Below, in pieces: positions 38,728 through 51,152 of a stretch of DNA of 64,000 nt (position 1 is its first letter; each line of letters begins with the position of its first letter). The DNA is from Antedon mediterranea. Lineage: Eukaryota; Animalia; Echinodermata. The DNA lies in assembly GCF_964355755.1 (NCBI RefSeq), contig NC_092679.1, forward strand, positions 8,028,201 through 8,092,200, given 5' to 3'. A program made the translations under genes and the position numbers. Under the pieces are notes generated by a model. That model worked only from the letters and a program-made list of their open reading frames with translations, was not told the DNA's origin and ran no database searches.

Positions 38728-39160
38728 TATGTGTAATCGGATTTTATAACACTGCCTTCTTTCTATAGTTTCTACATTTTTTTGGGAAAATGAAGCATAC
38801 ATTCTGGCAATTAAGTGATAAATATAAGATGGCGAACATTTTGCAGTGTGTTGACAGCGAGTTCAGTATGGTTTAAAATGTTTTGAAAAGTATTGTTATT
38901 TAAAAAAAATTACTTCGTAAGTGGTCGAATCGTATAAACATGTTGCATAATATTATGTTGTGAGTGTGAAAAAGGAAAGTTTTGGTGAGAAATCAAAGAT
39001 ATAACGGTGTGGTGCGAAACTGCAGTAGCGCCTCATTTTTTTGGATGTTTTTAAGGTTTCTAACAATCCGTATTTTATTGATATTGACAATGTTGATATA
39101 ATATAGGCCTATAGAGGGCGCTATGTAAGATAGATGTTAATCAAATAGGTTATGGCAATG

Positions 39161-39246
39161 GTTTTCATCAAGCCAGCAGTGTGGCTTTGTGATGAGGCTT
39201 AAACCATTGCCTCATCACAAAGCCACACAGCTGGCTTGATGAAAAC
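39161..39246. other. Near-perfect 38-bp stem hairpin with 10-nt loop
   Basis: Arms 39161-39198 and 39209-39246 are reverse complements with one mismatch. Confidence 0.92.
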
Positions 39247-39676
39247 AAAGGGGTTGCAGGTTCTATTCTCTACTTGACTTTTTTTTTAGTTTTTAAGAGA
39301 GATTATTTAGTTTTTAATATTTAGGAACGAGTTTTATATTTAGGAACAAGTTTTAGGAATGTAATTTGATGCAAAAAGTATTATGTGCCCTTATTTATAT
39401 GGACATGATGTCACTCATAGTCATATCACTACCATATTTGGGCATCTCACTACCACCATATATTTGGGCATAAATATAGTGTAGCTTTTGATGTATATTT
39501 TAACCAAATGTTATATCTGAAATTTATTCTTGTATAGTTAATATTTAAGCTTTATTAAAGCATTGGTTGGTATTTTGAATATCACTCACTCATTTAGTTA
39601 AACCTAACAACTGCTACTGTGTTACTAAAAAATATACAAATAATGTTTCAATTGTGTTTTTTGTCTTAGACCAATC

Positions 39677-40746
39677 ATGCAGCTTATTGTGAGTGCGCAA
39701 AAGACACATGTTGTCAACATTGGTGAGACAGACACTGTCCATGATGTAAAGGTACAGTTTGGATCTATCTTATGACAACTGCAGTAACTAATAATATATT
39801 CATACTCATAATAACGCAAACCTATTTGCTGTTTTAGTTAATATATTGTTAATATTATTGTATTTTAGCTTCAAATTGAAAGACTTGAAGGAATTCCAGT
39901 AGCTGAACAACTGATTTGCCATTCTGGATCTCCGTTGGAGAACTCCCTTATCTTGGCAAACACAGATATTCTTGAGCTCTCTACTTTGGATGTTCAGGCT
40001 CGTCTTCTTGGAGGTTTGTTTGTATTCAACAACAAATTGAACCAATCACTATACTACTGTATTTGACAATGTTTTAATTAAAAAATTCTGATCCTAAAAA
40101 AATAAATTCATCATTGTCTTAATATTTCAACAGGAAAGGTTCACGGATCTCTAGCTCGTGCTGGAAAGGTCAAGGGTCAGACACCAAAGGTAAAAAATAT
40201 TTCTCTTTATTCATCTCGTAAACAAACCAAGCAAAGAGTAAAACATATTTCTATCGATGAAAAGGACCTCCAAGAAACACCCAAGGGTAAATAAGTAAAT
40301 AGACCATTATATTCTAATTATTAACTTTCACTATGTTTGATGCCCTCTGTTGGAAACAGAAACTTGTAGTAAAATTAGTAAATCCTATATGCCTGTAAGA
40401 AAATAAGCAGCAGGGTTAATCCCCCTTTAAATCAAAATAATCTCTTCCATACATGTTTGACATTTAAGCTGTATACATTTTACAATGAATCAAATAAGAT
40501 TTTAGAATGAAATGGCTCTACTGACTTGATAGTGTTTAAATTTCAAAGAAAATTAGTTTTACATTTGCTTTTATTCTCATCTGATTAAAAAATGTTATCA
40601 ATCAATCATACTTTTTTCAGGTTGATAAACAAGAAAAGAAAAAGAAGAAGACAGGCCGTGCCAAAAGACGCATGTTGTACAATCGACGATTTGTCAACGT
40701 AGTCCAGACCTTCGGAAAGCGAAAGGGCCCAAACTCCAACTCATAA
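39677..40746 (+). CDS. FAU: FUBI-ribosomal protein eS30 fusion; coding exons 39677-39751, 39869-40013, 40134-40189, 40621-40746
   Basis: Ubiquitin-like MQLIV...RLLGG followed by [19 protein letters not shown]...[20 protein letters not shown]; AATAAA ~20 nt after the stop. Confidence 0.97.
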
Positions 40747-42911
40747 GATCATTTCTGAATACCAATAAAAGCCATCATGTTCCTGAAAAGGTTTTCAATT
40801 TTATTCTACAATTAACACGTATCTTAGTATGTTAAAAATGGCCTAATAAAAATAATACTGCTCTGTATTGTGTAATTTGTTTTGGTTTTTTTTTTTGTAA
40901 AACATATGGTAACTGAATATGGAATTCCTGTTGTGTTTGCAAAGATATCCAATTGAGTCTTGTTATTCCAGGAAGCATTGGATGTTCTTTATTATTTTTG
41001 AGCACAGCTTTTTATTGCGTTTTCAGTTTTGGTCACAGTTCTTGCACACCATTTATATTACAACACTTGTGAATAATATCACAAGTTATATAAATGGCTA
41101 AACATTAACTGCAATTTGTTCCAGACCATTTGTAAGATATAAATTATGCAAATTACTTGATGATGTACTCTACACTGGAAGTAAATTCTGCATGTCTGAA
41201 TACATAGTTACAATAAGGTTTAATCAACATGCATAGAGTACTAAATATTATTAATTTGGCTTTCACAATCAATTTTTTTCCTTTCAATAATATGTGATGT
41301 CTGCTTAATTTTTTAGAATTCATCTAAACAAAATAAAAAGAGTAAATCAATCAACTAAACATATAATATTAATTAATAGTAAAAAATAGACATCAAACAG
41401 TTAATACTTTTATTTTGCCTGATATCATCAGTATCACATCTCATCTAAAAGGCTTGCATTAATCTGGTTATGATATTTGATATACTGAGTAACAATAGGC
41501 TTTAATAAATATCTCTACAATTAGCAATAGATAATAATGCAATGTTTTATTAATCATACACTTAATTCTAAACGTAATAGTAAGTTAAATGTGGTACATC
41601 ATCATTACCAATAAAAATGGTGGGAGTATTATAGGCCAGGGGCGGGCAAAAAATTTCTATTTATCATACATTCCAACAATTATCGATCTATAGTTTCCCC
41701 TATGTTTCATATTTTTTTAGATATTATTTGTGTTACAAGAGCTTGTTGAAAATAAGCACTTTCTTATCAGTGGGGGGGGGGGGGGGATAGTTAAAATTAC
41801 ACAGTAAAATCTCTACTTTTGTACACAAATATTGTAAATAGAGAAGCATTTTAAAAAGCTATGAAAAATAAACGGTGAGGTAAAAAATTTTATCAGATGA
41901 CTAAATATAGGTAATATAACTTGAATATTACATTTCTGGTATTTTTATTCAACTTCAAATTTTTATTTTCATGCTATAGCAAAAATTATCCACCGTATAT
42001 CCACCATATTTTTTCACCTTCTAGGGAGTCACCAGACATGTTATTACATTAGGTTAACTACCTAACTACTGAAAAAAAGTCTTTATGGTTTTTATGGAAG
42101 AATTTTGCCAAATTTTGTATTTGACCATATTAATGGAAATTCATGTTTTTTCGTCTTGATTTCTGTTACAAATATTTGATTTATGTACAATTAACCAAAT
42201 ATTATATTTAAAATTCATGCCTGTACCTGAGCTTTAAGGGCGAATAAAATGATACAAATAATGTGTTTAAAATATCCACTAAAACGCAGAATCTAATAGG
42301 ACAAATGTTGGAAGTATTTTAAAATTCTGGATTTCTACTGCACCAAAAATAATTAGGGAGATTTGCATAAATATCAAGTTAAAACTTTATTGCCCAACAT
42401 CAGGTTAATGTTTAATTTTAAATGTTTTTTTCAATGATATAACTTTTAGTTAAACAAGATGATGCATCACTATAGTTTTATAGTAAATGTTTCAACTACA
42501 TCTGAATGAAAACAATTTACATTGTTAACTTCAGACTACCAGTAAATGTCATCATTTAACTATTAATAATTATTGTAAGATTGTAACTAAAAACCTAATC
42601 ACCATCAACATACTTGTAATCTTCTCTTTATAACTGTATTGTGATGAATTGCCATCCACAATGACTCACTAAGCATTAGGTTCTTCTATGCTGTCATTTT
42701 AATTCTATGAATATTTTTATACAGTACATACAACATTGTATTTATAAAAATATGATAGATATAAACATATCTATCAATAATTTGTATCATTCAGATGGCA
42801 TAACACCATAAATACAGGTGTATATATTGTCATACTAAGTGATGTTATCTGTCCTCAAATCCACAATCTCTATTCTCTTTTGGAATCAAATGTTTTTGAA
42901 AACTAAGTTGG

Positions 42912-45900
42912 TCATGTACAGCAATATGGTTTTTTCTTCTCTGGACTACTTTCTCCAGGTACACTGTCATCCCTTCCATATAAGCGAATGTTTTCTAATT
43001 GCTGATTAATTGACTTTCTTCTCTGTTTCATTACTTGTCGTATAATTGATTGAAATACCTACGGAAATAAGGATATTTTTCATCAAATAAAAACTAACCT
43101 CACCTTTGATGAAACAGATATTTTGAGAACAACATTGGCTTTTATTGCAAACAATATACTTTTCAGTCCACTGATCACTCTTTGGTAGGCTACTACATCA
43201 GTACTTCTATGAATGGATGACTAGTCGGTGACAATAACGCTAGTTGGTCATACCCAGTACCGTTTTGATTTTACGATCATTCGAGAAACCACCTCACGAC
43301 GCCTATATTCATACAACTTTTTATTTTACCTTGTTTATATTTATAGATTCATGAGCACTGGACTCAAAAAATTCCATCCTACATTCCTTGGCAAGCTGAA
43401 AATAATATAATTGCTTTATATTATTTAACATACATAACAATATTTTAATATACAGTAATAGTACGCTATATAAAACTAGCTGTGCAAAATGAGAACTAAA
43501 AGTTTAAACCTTATCAAAAGTTAGTTCCAATTAATATTCCACAGCCAAGTTAACATATGTCTGTTGTGTGATTTTACATTATAATATTTAATGTTTTACC
43601 ACTTCTAAGGAATTTGAATAATTATCTCATTTAAAGTTGGAATGATCAAAACAAGCAGATGTGTGATTATTCACACATAATTTCTAACTTTCGATCTGCA
43701 ACCAATGACTGAACACCTGTTTCTGTAGCATTTTATCGGATAATTTATATGAAGAACTGTTTCGATAATAATAGCACATAAAAAGTGTTTATCAATATAT
43801 TGCAATGAAACATGATCATAATGTACACATTAATATAATTCCACATCTGGTGAACTTTCACTATTTCATGTAGGAATATTTAATGTGTTGATATACTCTA
43901 ATACAGTACAATATCTTACTCTTTCTCCTTCAGCTGTTGAAACTGTCCGTAATGAATCTGCATCATTTTTGTTTCCTACAAGTACCGTTAAGACGTCTGG
44001 CGATGCATGCTTAAAAAATTAAAATACAGTTTATGTCACGTTTATAACACTCAACAGCGGTTAAGACAATGAAACCTTAAAATCAACAAGGATTCGAGGC
44101 TCACTCGCTCCATAGTTCTGGTGGTAAAGACGGATAAAAACTATAAACAAATTAAAAATATAAATATGACAAATTGTTATTCTAATGACCTTAAGAGTAA
44201 TCTAAATTGTCAATGATAAGACTTAATGTTTGATTATTCAATTAATTGAAATAGAATTTAAATCCACAGTGATGATGTTAAACATAGTTCATAGCGGTTT
44301 ACTTGCAGATAATTATTATTTAAACTAATATGAAGTAAACAACATCCGACTTATTTTAATTGCCGTCGCTCTGTAAAAGATTTAAATCTTTTGTATATAG
44401 TAGACCATATGGTAAACACAATGACCAAATATGGAAGATATAAATACAGATAGGATACTTAAGTTGGTTAATAACATCACTGATATACTATTTATACTTT
44501 CTAAACATTTTGCAGAAAATGAATTACTGTACACAACTCCACTTTTTTCAATAATTAAATGAAAATCAAGTTATTTACAGTTTACCATATCTGCCATTCT
44601 TCCAAATATCTGTGACCTGATTAATTACAAACTATACCACAATATTTTAGAATTCTCTTAAAGATAGTAAACATATGGTGACTCACCTCCTCAACCATAT
44701 GCATCCATTTTCTAGTGTTCAGAAATGATTTTTCACTCGTTATATCATATACCAATATTATTCCCTGTGAAAAAGAGATTTATTTTTAAATATCCAATCT
44801 ATAATATTTGCTTGTTCTACATTTAACTATTAATACATTAATCAACTTACCTGGGCTCTTCTATAATACTGTGTAGTAATTGTTTCATACCTCTCTTGGC
44901 CTGCTGTGTCCCTAAAACAACACAATGCACATGATGATTACAGAATTACAGTTTTTTTTCTAATCCAATCGTAACATGATTTAATAAAAAAACAATTTTG
45001 TTACCTAATAATACCAAAAAATGATGAGTGACATGAATGCTTACCATATTTGTACTCGTATTTTTGTGTCATCTACTGTTAAAGTTTTCATTTTAAAGTC
45101 AATACCTATAACATAATTAAAATCCATATTTTAATTTTCTTAAATAGTATAGTTTGTTATCTTGACTATATTGTTTTATTTTCATGTGAGGGTTTGTTTT
45201 TTCTCTGATTGATATGTACAGTTAACATCCTACTACAGTTTACAGGGAGTGGTTAGTGCTTCCTCCCTATGCGCAGGGTTATGGTATTTTGTACAATAGC
45301 AATAAACTATGATATGTTCACAATTATATTGCAAACTCAAATTTATACATGCAATGGTAATGTAATTACTATAACCTTGAAATAAAATCATACTGAATAA
45401 AACATAAGGTACTACACAAAGAAAACGAGAGAAAAAAAATCAATGCATGTTTTAATCTGCATCCTGTGTATAAATAGGTATGATATCTGAATAATATATT
45501 ATTAACCTGAAGCTAGTAAACACACAAAATGAACAATGGGTTGTGAGTCCATTCAATATTGACATACGACTTTGTATAATGCATACCATTGCCATCTGAT
45601 ATACACCACACTTGCTTACATTAGTTCTTACTCATACATAATTTACATCAGCAGGGATTCAGAGGTAAAACTTAATTCATTAGTTATGCACCTAAAGTAC
45701 AGGATGGTAATGATATATCACGAAACCATGTAAAGTGACAATTGAAGGATATGGCAAAGGCACTGATTTTCATTACAAATTAGTTTATTCGAAATTCTTG
45801 TTATTTTTTAAATGTAATTTTATTATGAGAGATCCACAAATGCTAAGACACCAGTCACTTGCTGCTTGTATTGTTACAGTACACATATAAAAAACAATAA

Positions 45901-46342
45901 GAGCAAGCCTGGTAAGTTACTAATATAGAAATAAAATATCTATAAAAGATCATACTTTTAGGTTCGGCTATTAAATATCTAAAATAAAGAAAATAGATCC
46001 GTTTCAATGCTGAGCTGTGATAAAAGTTGTTGGTTTACCAAACAGTAAAATAAAATAAAAAGTTTGAGCATAATTTTATAAAAGGATGACATTCAACATT
46101 GGTGTTCACAATCTATCTACAGACTATCTAGCATGTAGGAATTCTGACGACCAAAGAAAGACGATGATTTTTGTAATAATCAACATATTTGATTACAATA
46201 TTGATAGTGTAAACTCACCTATAGTTGAAATATGAGGGTTAACCACAGTTTCCTCAGTAAACCGACATAGCATACATGTTTTCCCAACACCAGAATCACC
46301 AATCAACAACAGACGGATCAATACATCGTATTGTTTCGCCAT
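42912..46342 (-). CDS. RAB15: Rab15-like small GTPase; 7 exons (46342-46219, 45105-45045, 44911-44851, 44764-44687, 44009-43920, 43395-43330, 43058-42912)
   Basis: [67 protein letters not shown]-terminal CCT* prenylation motif. Confidence 0.88.
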
Positions 46343-46777
46343 TTCCAACTCAGATCTAGTATTTCTAACACTTCAATTTACTGATTAAGGATAACTAACT
46401 TCACATTAACTTCCAGGGTATTGTGGCGTTAGATGCGTACATTCCGGAACTGAAATCTAAACAACAAGTGCTTAGTACGGTTGGAATAGAACGTCGTCTG
46501 CTTCAAAATAAATTAACACGGAGACGATTTGTTTGTTTACAAATTTTACTCCGAACGGTAGCGGGCCGTCATGCTAATCTTCGCCCGGTAGGGGACCGGT
46601 ATGGTTTTATGATACTGACATCAAGGCTTGTGTCAAGCTAGCCAACAATAAGCCAGCCAACAATAAGCCAGCCCACTTTTATTTTTTCCAGCCAACAATA
46701 ACTATGAAACGCCGTTTGTGCATTCTTTACATTTTCATTGTTACTTATGGCTTTTATGGTATTAGGAATTAAATATT

Positions 46778-49700
46778 TGTGAGAAAAACGGCGGATTGTT
46801 CCTGGGATTCACTTGGTGGGATTATACTAGGCTAGGGTACCTCGTTAGTCGTCCAGTATAGGTTAGAGTTGGACCACTGGTCCCGTTTACTCAGTCCTCA
46901 TCTTTTAAATTTCAGTATAACTCAATTACGATTGTTAATATATAGTGAAATTTGATATTGTAATTGTGAGAAAACGGCGGAATGTTCCTGGAAGTCACTT
47001 GGTGGGATTATACTAGGGTACCTCCTTAGTCGCCCAGTATAAGTTAGAGTGAACCACTGGTCCCGTTTACTCAGCCCTCATCTTTTAAATTTGAATGTAA
47101 CCCAATTACGATTTTTAAAATATAGTGAAATTTGAAACTGTATCTGTGCAAAAACGGCGGATTGTTCCTGGGCGTCACTTGGCGGGATTATACTAGGGTA
47201 CCTCCTTGGTCGTCCAGTATAAGTTAGAGAGGGACCACTGGTCCCGTTTACTCAGCCCTCATCTTTTAAATGTCAGTGTAACTCAATTACGATTTTTAAT
47301 ATATAGTGAAATTTGATACTGTAATTGTGAGAAAACGGCGGATTGTTCCTGGGAGTCACTTGGTGGGATTATACTAGGGTACCCCCTTAGTCCTCCAGTA
47401 TAAGTTAGAGTGGGACCACTGGTCCCGATTACTCAGCGCCCTCATCTTTAAAATTTGAGTGTAACTCAATTACGATTTTCAAAATATAGTTAAATTTGAA
47501 ACTGTATTTGTGAGAAAATGGCGGATTGTTCCTGGGAGTCACTTGGTGGGATTATACTAGGATACCCCCTTAGGCGTCCAGTAAAAGTTAGAGTGGGACC
47601 ACTGGTCCCGTTTACTCAGCCCTCATCTTTAAAAATTGAGTGTAACTCAATTAAAATTTTTAAAATATAGTTAAATTTGAAACTGTATTGGTGAGAAAAC
47701 GGCGGATTGTTCCAGGAAGTCACATGGTGGGATTATACTAGGGTACGTCCTTAGTCGTCCAGTATAAGTTAGAGTGCGACCACTGGTCCCGTTTACTCAG
47801 CCCTCATCTTTTAAATTTGAGTGTAACTCAATTACGATAAAATTTTTAAAATATAGTGAAAATTGATACTGTATTTGTGAGAAAATGGCGGATTGTTCCT
47901 GGGAGTCACATGGTGGGATTATACTAGGGTACCTCCTTAGTTGTCCAGTATAAGTTAGAGTGGGACCACTGGTCCCGTTTACTCAGCCCTCATCTTTTAA
48001 ATGTCAGTGTAACTCAATTACGATTTTTAAAATATAGTGAAATTTGATACTGTATTTGTGAGCGAGAAAATGGCGGATTGTTCCTGGGAGTCACTTGGTG
48101 GGATTATGCTAGGGTACCTCCTTAGTTGTCCAGTTTAAGTTAGAGTGGGACCACTGGTCCCGTTTACTCAGCCCTTATTTTTAAAATTTGAGTGTAACTC
48201 AATTACGATTAATATTTTAAAATATAGTGAAATTTGATACTGTATTTGTGAGAAAATGGCGGATTGTTCCTGAGAGTCACTTGGTGGGATTATACTAGGG
48301 TAGACCCTTAGTCGTCCAGTATAAGTTAGAGTGGGACGACTGGTCCCGTTTACTCAGCCCTCATCTTTAAAATTTGAGTGTAACTCATTTACGATTTTTA
48401 AAATATAGTGAAATTTGATACTGTATTTGTGAGAAAACGGCGGATTGTTCTTGAGAGTCACTTGGTGGGATTATACTAGGGTACGTACCTCTTTAGTCAT
48501 CCAGTATAAGTTAGAGTGGGACCACTGGTCCCGTTTACTCAGCCCTCATCTTTAAAATTTGAGTATAACTCAAATACAATTTTTAAAATATAGTTAAATT
48601 TGAAACTGTATTTGTAAGAAAATGGCAGATTGTTCCTGGGAGTCACTTGGTGGGATTATACTAGGGTACCTCCTTAGTTGTCCAGTATAAGTTAGAGTGG
48701 GACCACTGGTCCCGTTTACTCAGCCCTCATCTTTAACGTTTGAGTGTAACTCAATTACGATTAATATTTTAAAATATAGTGAAATTTGATACTGTATTTG
48801 TGAGAAAATGGCGGATTGTTCCTGAGAGTCACTTGGTGGGATTATACTAGGGTAGACCCTTAGTCGTCCAGTATAAGTTAGAATGGGACCACTGGTCCCG
48901 TTTACTCAGCCCTCATCTTTAAAATTTGAGTGTAACACATTTAAGATTTTTGAAATATAGTGAAATTTGATACTGTATTTTTGAGAAAACGGCGGATTGT
49001 TCTTGAGAGTCACTTGTTGGGATTATACTAGGGTACCTCTTTAGTCATCCAGTATAAGTTAGAGTGGGACCACTGGTCCCGTTTACTCAGCCCTCATCTT
49101 TAAAATTTGAGTGTAACTCAATTACAATTTTTAAAATATAGTTAAAAAATTTGAAACTGTATTTGTGAGAAAATGGCAGATTGTTCCTGGGAGTCACTTG
49201 GTGGGATTATACTAGGGTACCTCCTTAGTTGTCCAGTATAAGTTAGAGTGGGACCACTGGTCCCGTTTACTCAGCCCTCATCTTTAACGTTTGAGTGTAA
49301 CTCAATTACGATTAATATTTTAAAATATAGTGAAATTTGATACTGTATTTGTGAGAAAATGGCGTATTGTTTCTGGGAGTCACTTGGTGGGATTATGCTA
49401 GGGTACCTCCTTAGTTGTCCAGTTTAAGTTAGAGTGGGACCACTGGTGCCGTTTACTCAGCCCTCATCTTTAAAATTTGAGTGTAACTCATTTACGATTT
49501 TTAAAATAAAGTGAAATTTGAAACTGTATTAGTGAAAAAACGGCGGATTGTTCCTGAGAGTCACTTGGTGGGATTATACTAGGGTACACCCTTAGTCGTC
49601 CAGTATAAGTTAGAGTGGGACCACTGATCCCGTTTACTCAGCCCTCATCTTTAAAATTTGAGTGTAACTCACTTACGATTTTTAAAATATAGTGAAATTT

Positions 49701-51148
49701 GATACTGTATTTGTGAGAAAACGGCGGATTTTTCCTGAGAGTCACTTGGTGGGAATATACTAGGGTACCTCTTTAGTCATCCAGTATAAGTTAGAGTGGG
49801 ACCACTGGTCCCGTTTACTCAGCCCTCATCTTTAAAATTTGAGTGTAACTCAATTACAATTTTTAGTCGCGTGGAAGCGACTCTATAGTTCACTATGTCG
49901 GTCGGTCGGTCTGTCTGTCTGTCTGTCTGTCGGTCTGTCTGTCGGTCTGTCTGTCGGTCTGTCTGTCGGTCTGTCTGTCGGTCCGGTATCACTATGCGTT
50001 TTATCGCTTTATGACCTTATCTTGATATCAGTTTAATCTAGCTAAGTCAATTTTTCACAGAATATTCCTTATGGCCAGGAATCGATGTGGTTATGTTTTC
50101 ACGGTGCGCAATAAAAAATTACGCGGTCTACGCACGATTTAACGAAATCACGTTTGTAATCATATCTTAACAACCATGAATCACAATTAAATAAAATTTG
50201 GTACTTATAAATTTCAGGGCATAAATCATCATATGGCAATACAATTACGTGCGTAGCGCATGTAACGCATACGTAAGCGCGCTTAAAATTTTCAAAATTT
50301 ATTTTCGATGAAATAAGAGTACGTTTCAGGCAATTTTAAGCGTTTACAAAATTGCCATGAGTGCTCAGATTTTTGCGCGCGCACTGCGCGTTAAATGTTA
50401 TTGCGCACTCTTCTTGCCCGATTTCTGTTTTCTTGACTTACTTTTCAACTCGAAATTACGTTATACGAGCACGTCAAAAGTGACAGGCTACGCACGTGTA
50501 AATTAAAAAAATATAAATGTTTCTAAACATTTCAACATTTTTAAACATGTTCAGTAATTTCGGTCAGTATAGTTCACTATGTCGGTCGGTCCGTCTGTCT
50601 GTCGGTCTGTCTGTCTGTCGGTCTGTTTGTCTGTCGGTCCGGTATCACTATGCATTGTAGCACGCGACTTAATGGCTGTTGGCCTTGTTAAAATATAGTT
50701 AAATTTGAAACTGTATTTGTGAGAAAATGGCGGATTGTTCCTGGGAGTCACTTGGTGGGATTATACTAGGGTACCTCCTTAGTCGTTCAGTATAAGTTAG
50801 AGTTGGACCACTGGTACCGTTTACTCAGCCCTCAACTTTTAAATTTGAGTGTAACTCATTTACGATTTAAAAAACATAGTGAAATTTGATACTGTATTTG
50901 TGAGAAAACGGCGGATTGTTCCTGGGAGTCACATGGTGGGATTATACTAAGGTACGTCCTTAGTCGTCCAGTATAAGTTAGAGTGCGACCACAGGTCCCG
51001 TTTACTCAGCCCTCATCTTTTAAATTTGAGTGTAACTCAATTACGATAAAATTGTTAAAATATAGTGAAAATTGATACTGTATTTGTGAGAAAATGGCGG
51101 ATTGTTCCTGGGAGTCACTTGGTGGGATTATACTAGGGTACCTCCTTA
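46778..51148. repeat. Satellite 1, ~184-bp unit, ~19 copies, interrupted by a HINE
   Basis: Unit GTGAGAAAACGGCGGATTGTTCCTGGGAGTCACTTGGTGGG...GGGACCACTGGTCCC...; trimeric higher-order period of ~552 bp in part of the array. Confidence 0.97.
49862..50689 (+). mobile_element. HINE/DINE-1-like family C inserted in satellite 1
   Basis: subTIR AGTCGCGTG / CACGCGACT, two (GTCY/GTCG)n tracts, 3' GGCTGTTGGCCTTGTT; inserted in the T-run of ACAATTTTTAAAATA, and the satellite resumes in register. Confidence 0.85.
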
Positions 51149-51152
51149 CTTA

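Larger units (their letters stand above)
33382..39032. mobile_element. Merlin-like non-autonomous element (outer shell of the nest)
   Basis: 37-bp TIRs GGCGCTACTGCAGTTTCGCACCACAC(T/C)GTTATATCTT; 8-bp TSD TCACTTTT/TCATTTTT; it splits a copy of the repeat seen uninterrupted at 150-290. Confidence 0.8.

Noticed and set aside
40190-40620. Intronic snoRNA in FAU
   Set aside because: No convincing paired C/D boxes with a terminal stem and no clear H/ACA architecture by eye; would need a snoRNA covariance search.
43230-43329. Extra RAB15 exon after a 13-nt intron
   Set aside because: The intron would be too short; splicing to 43058 gives a normal Rab C-terminus.
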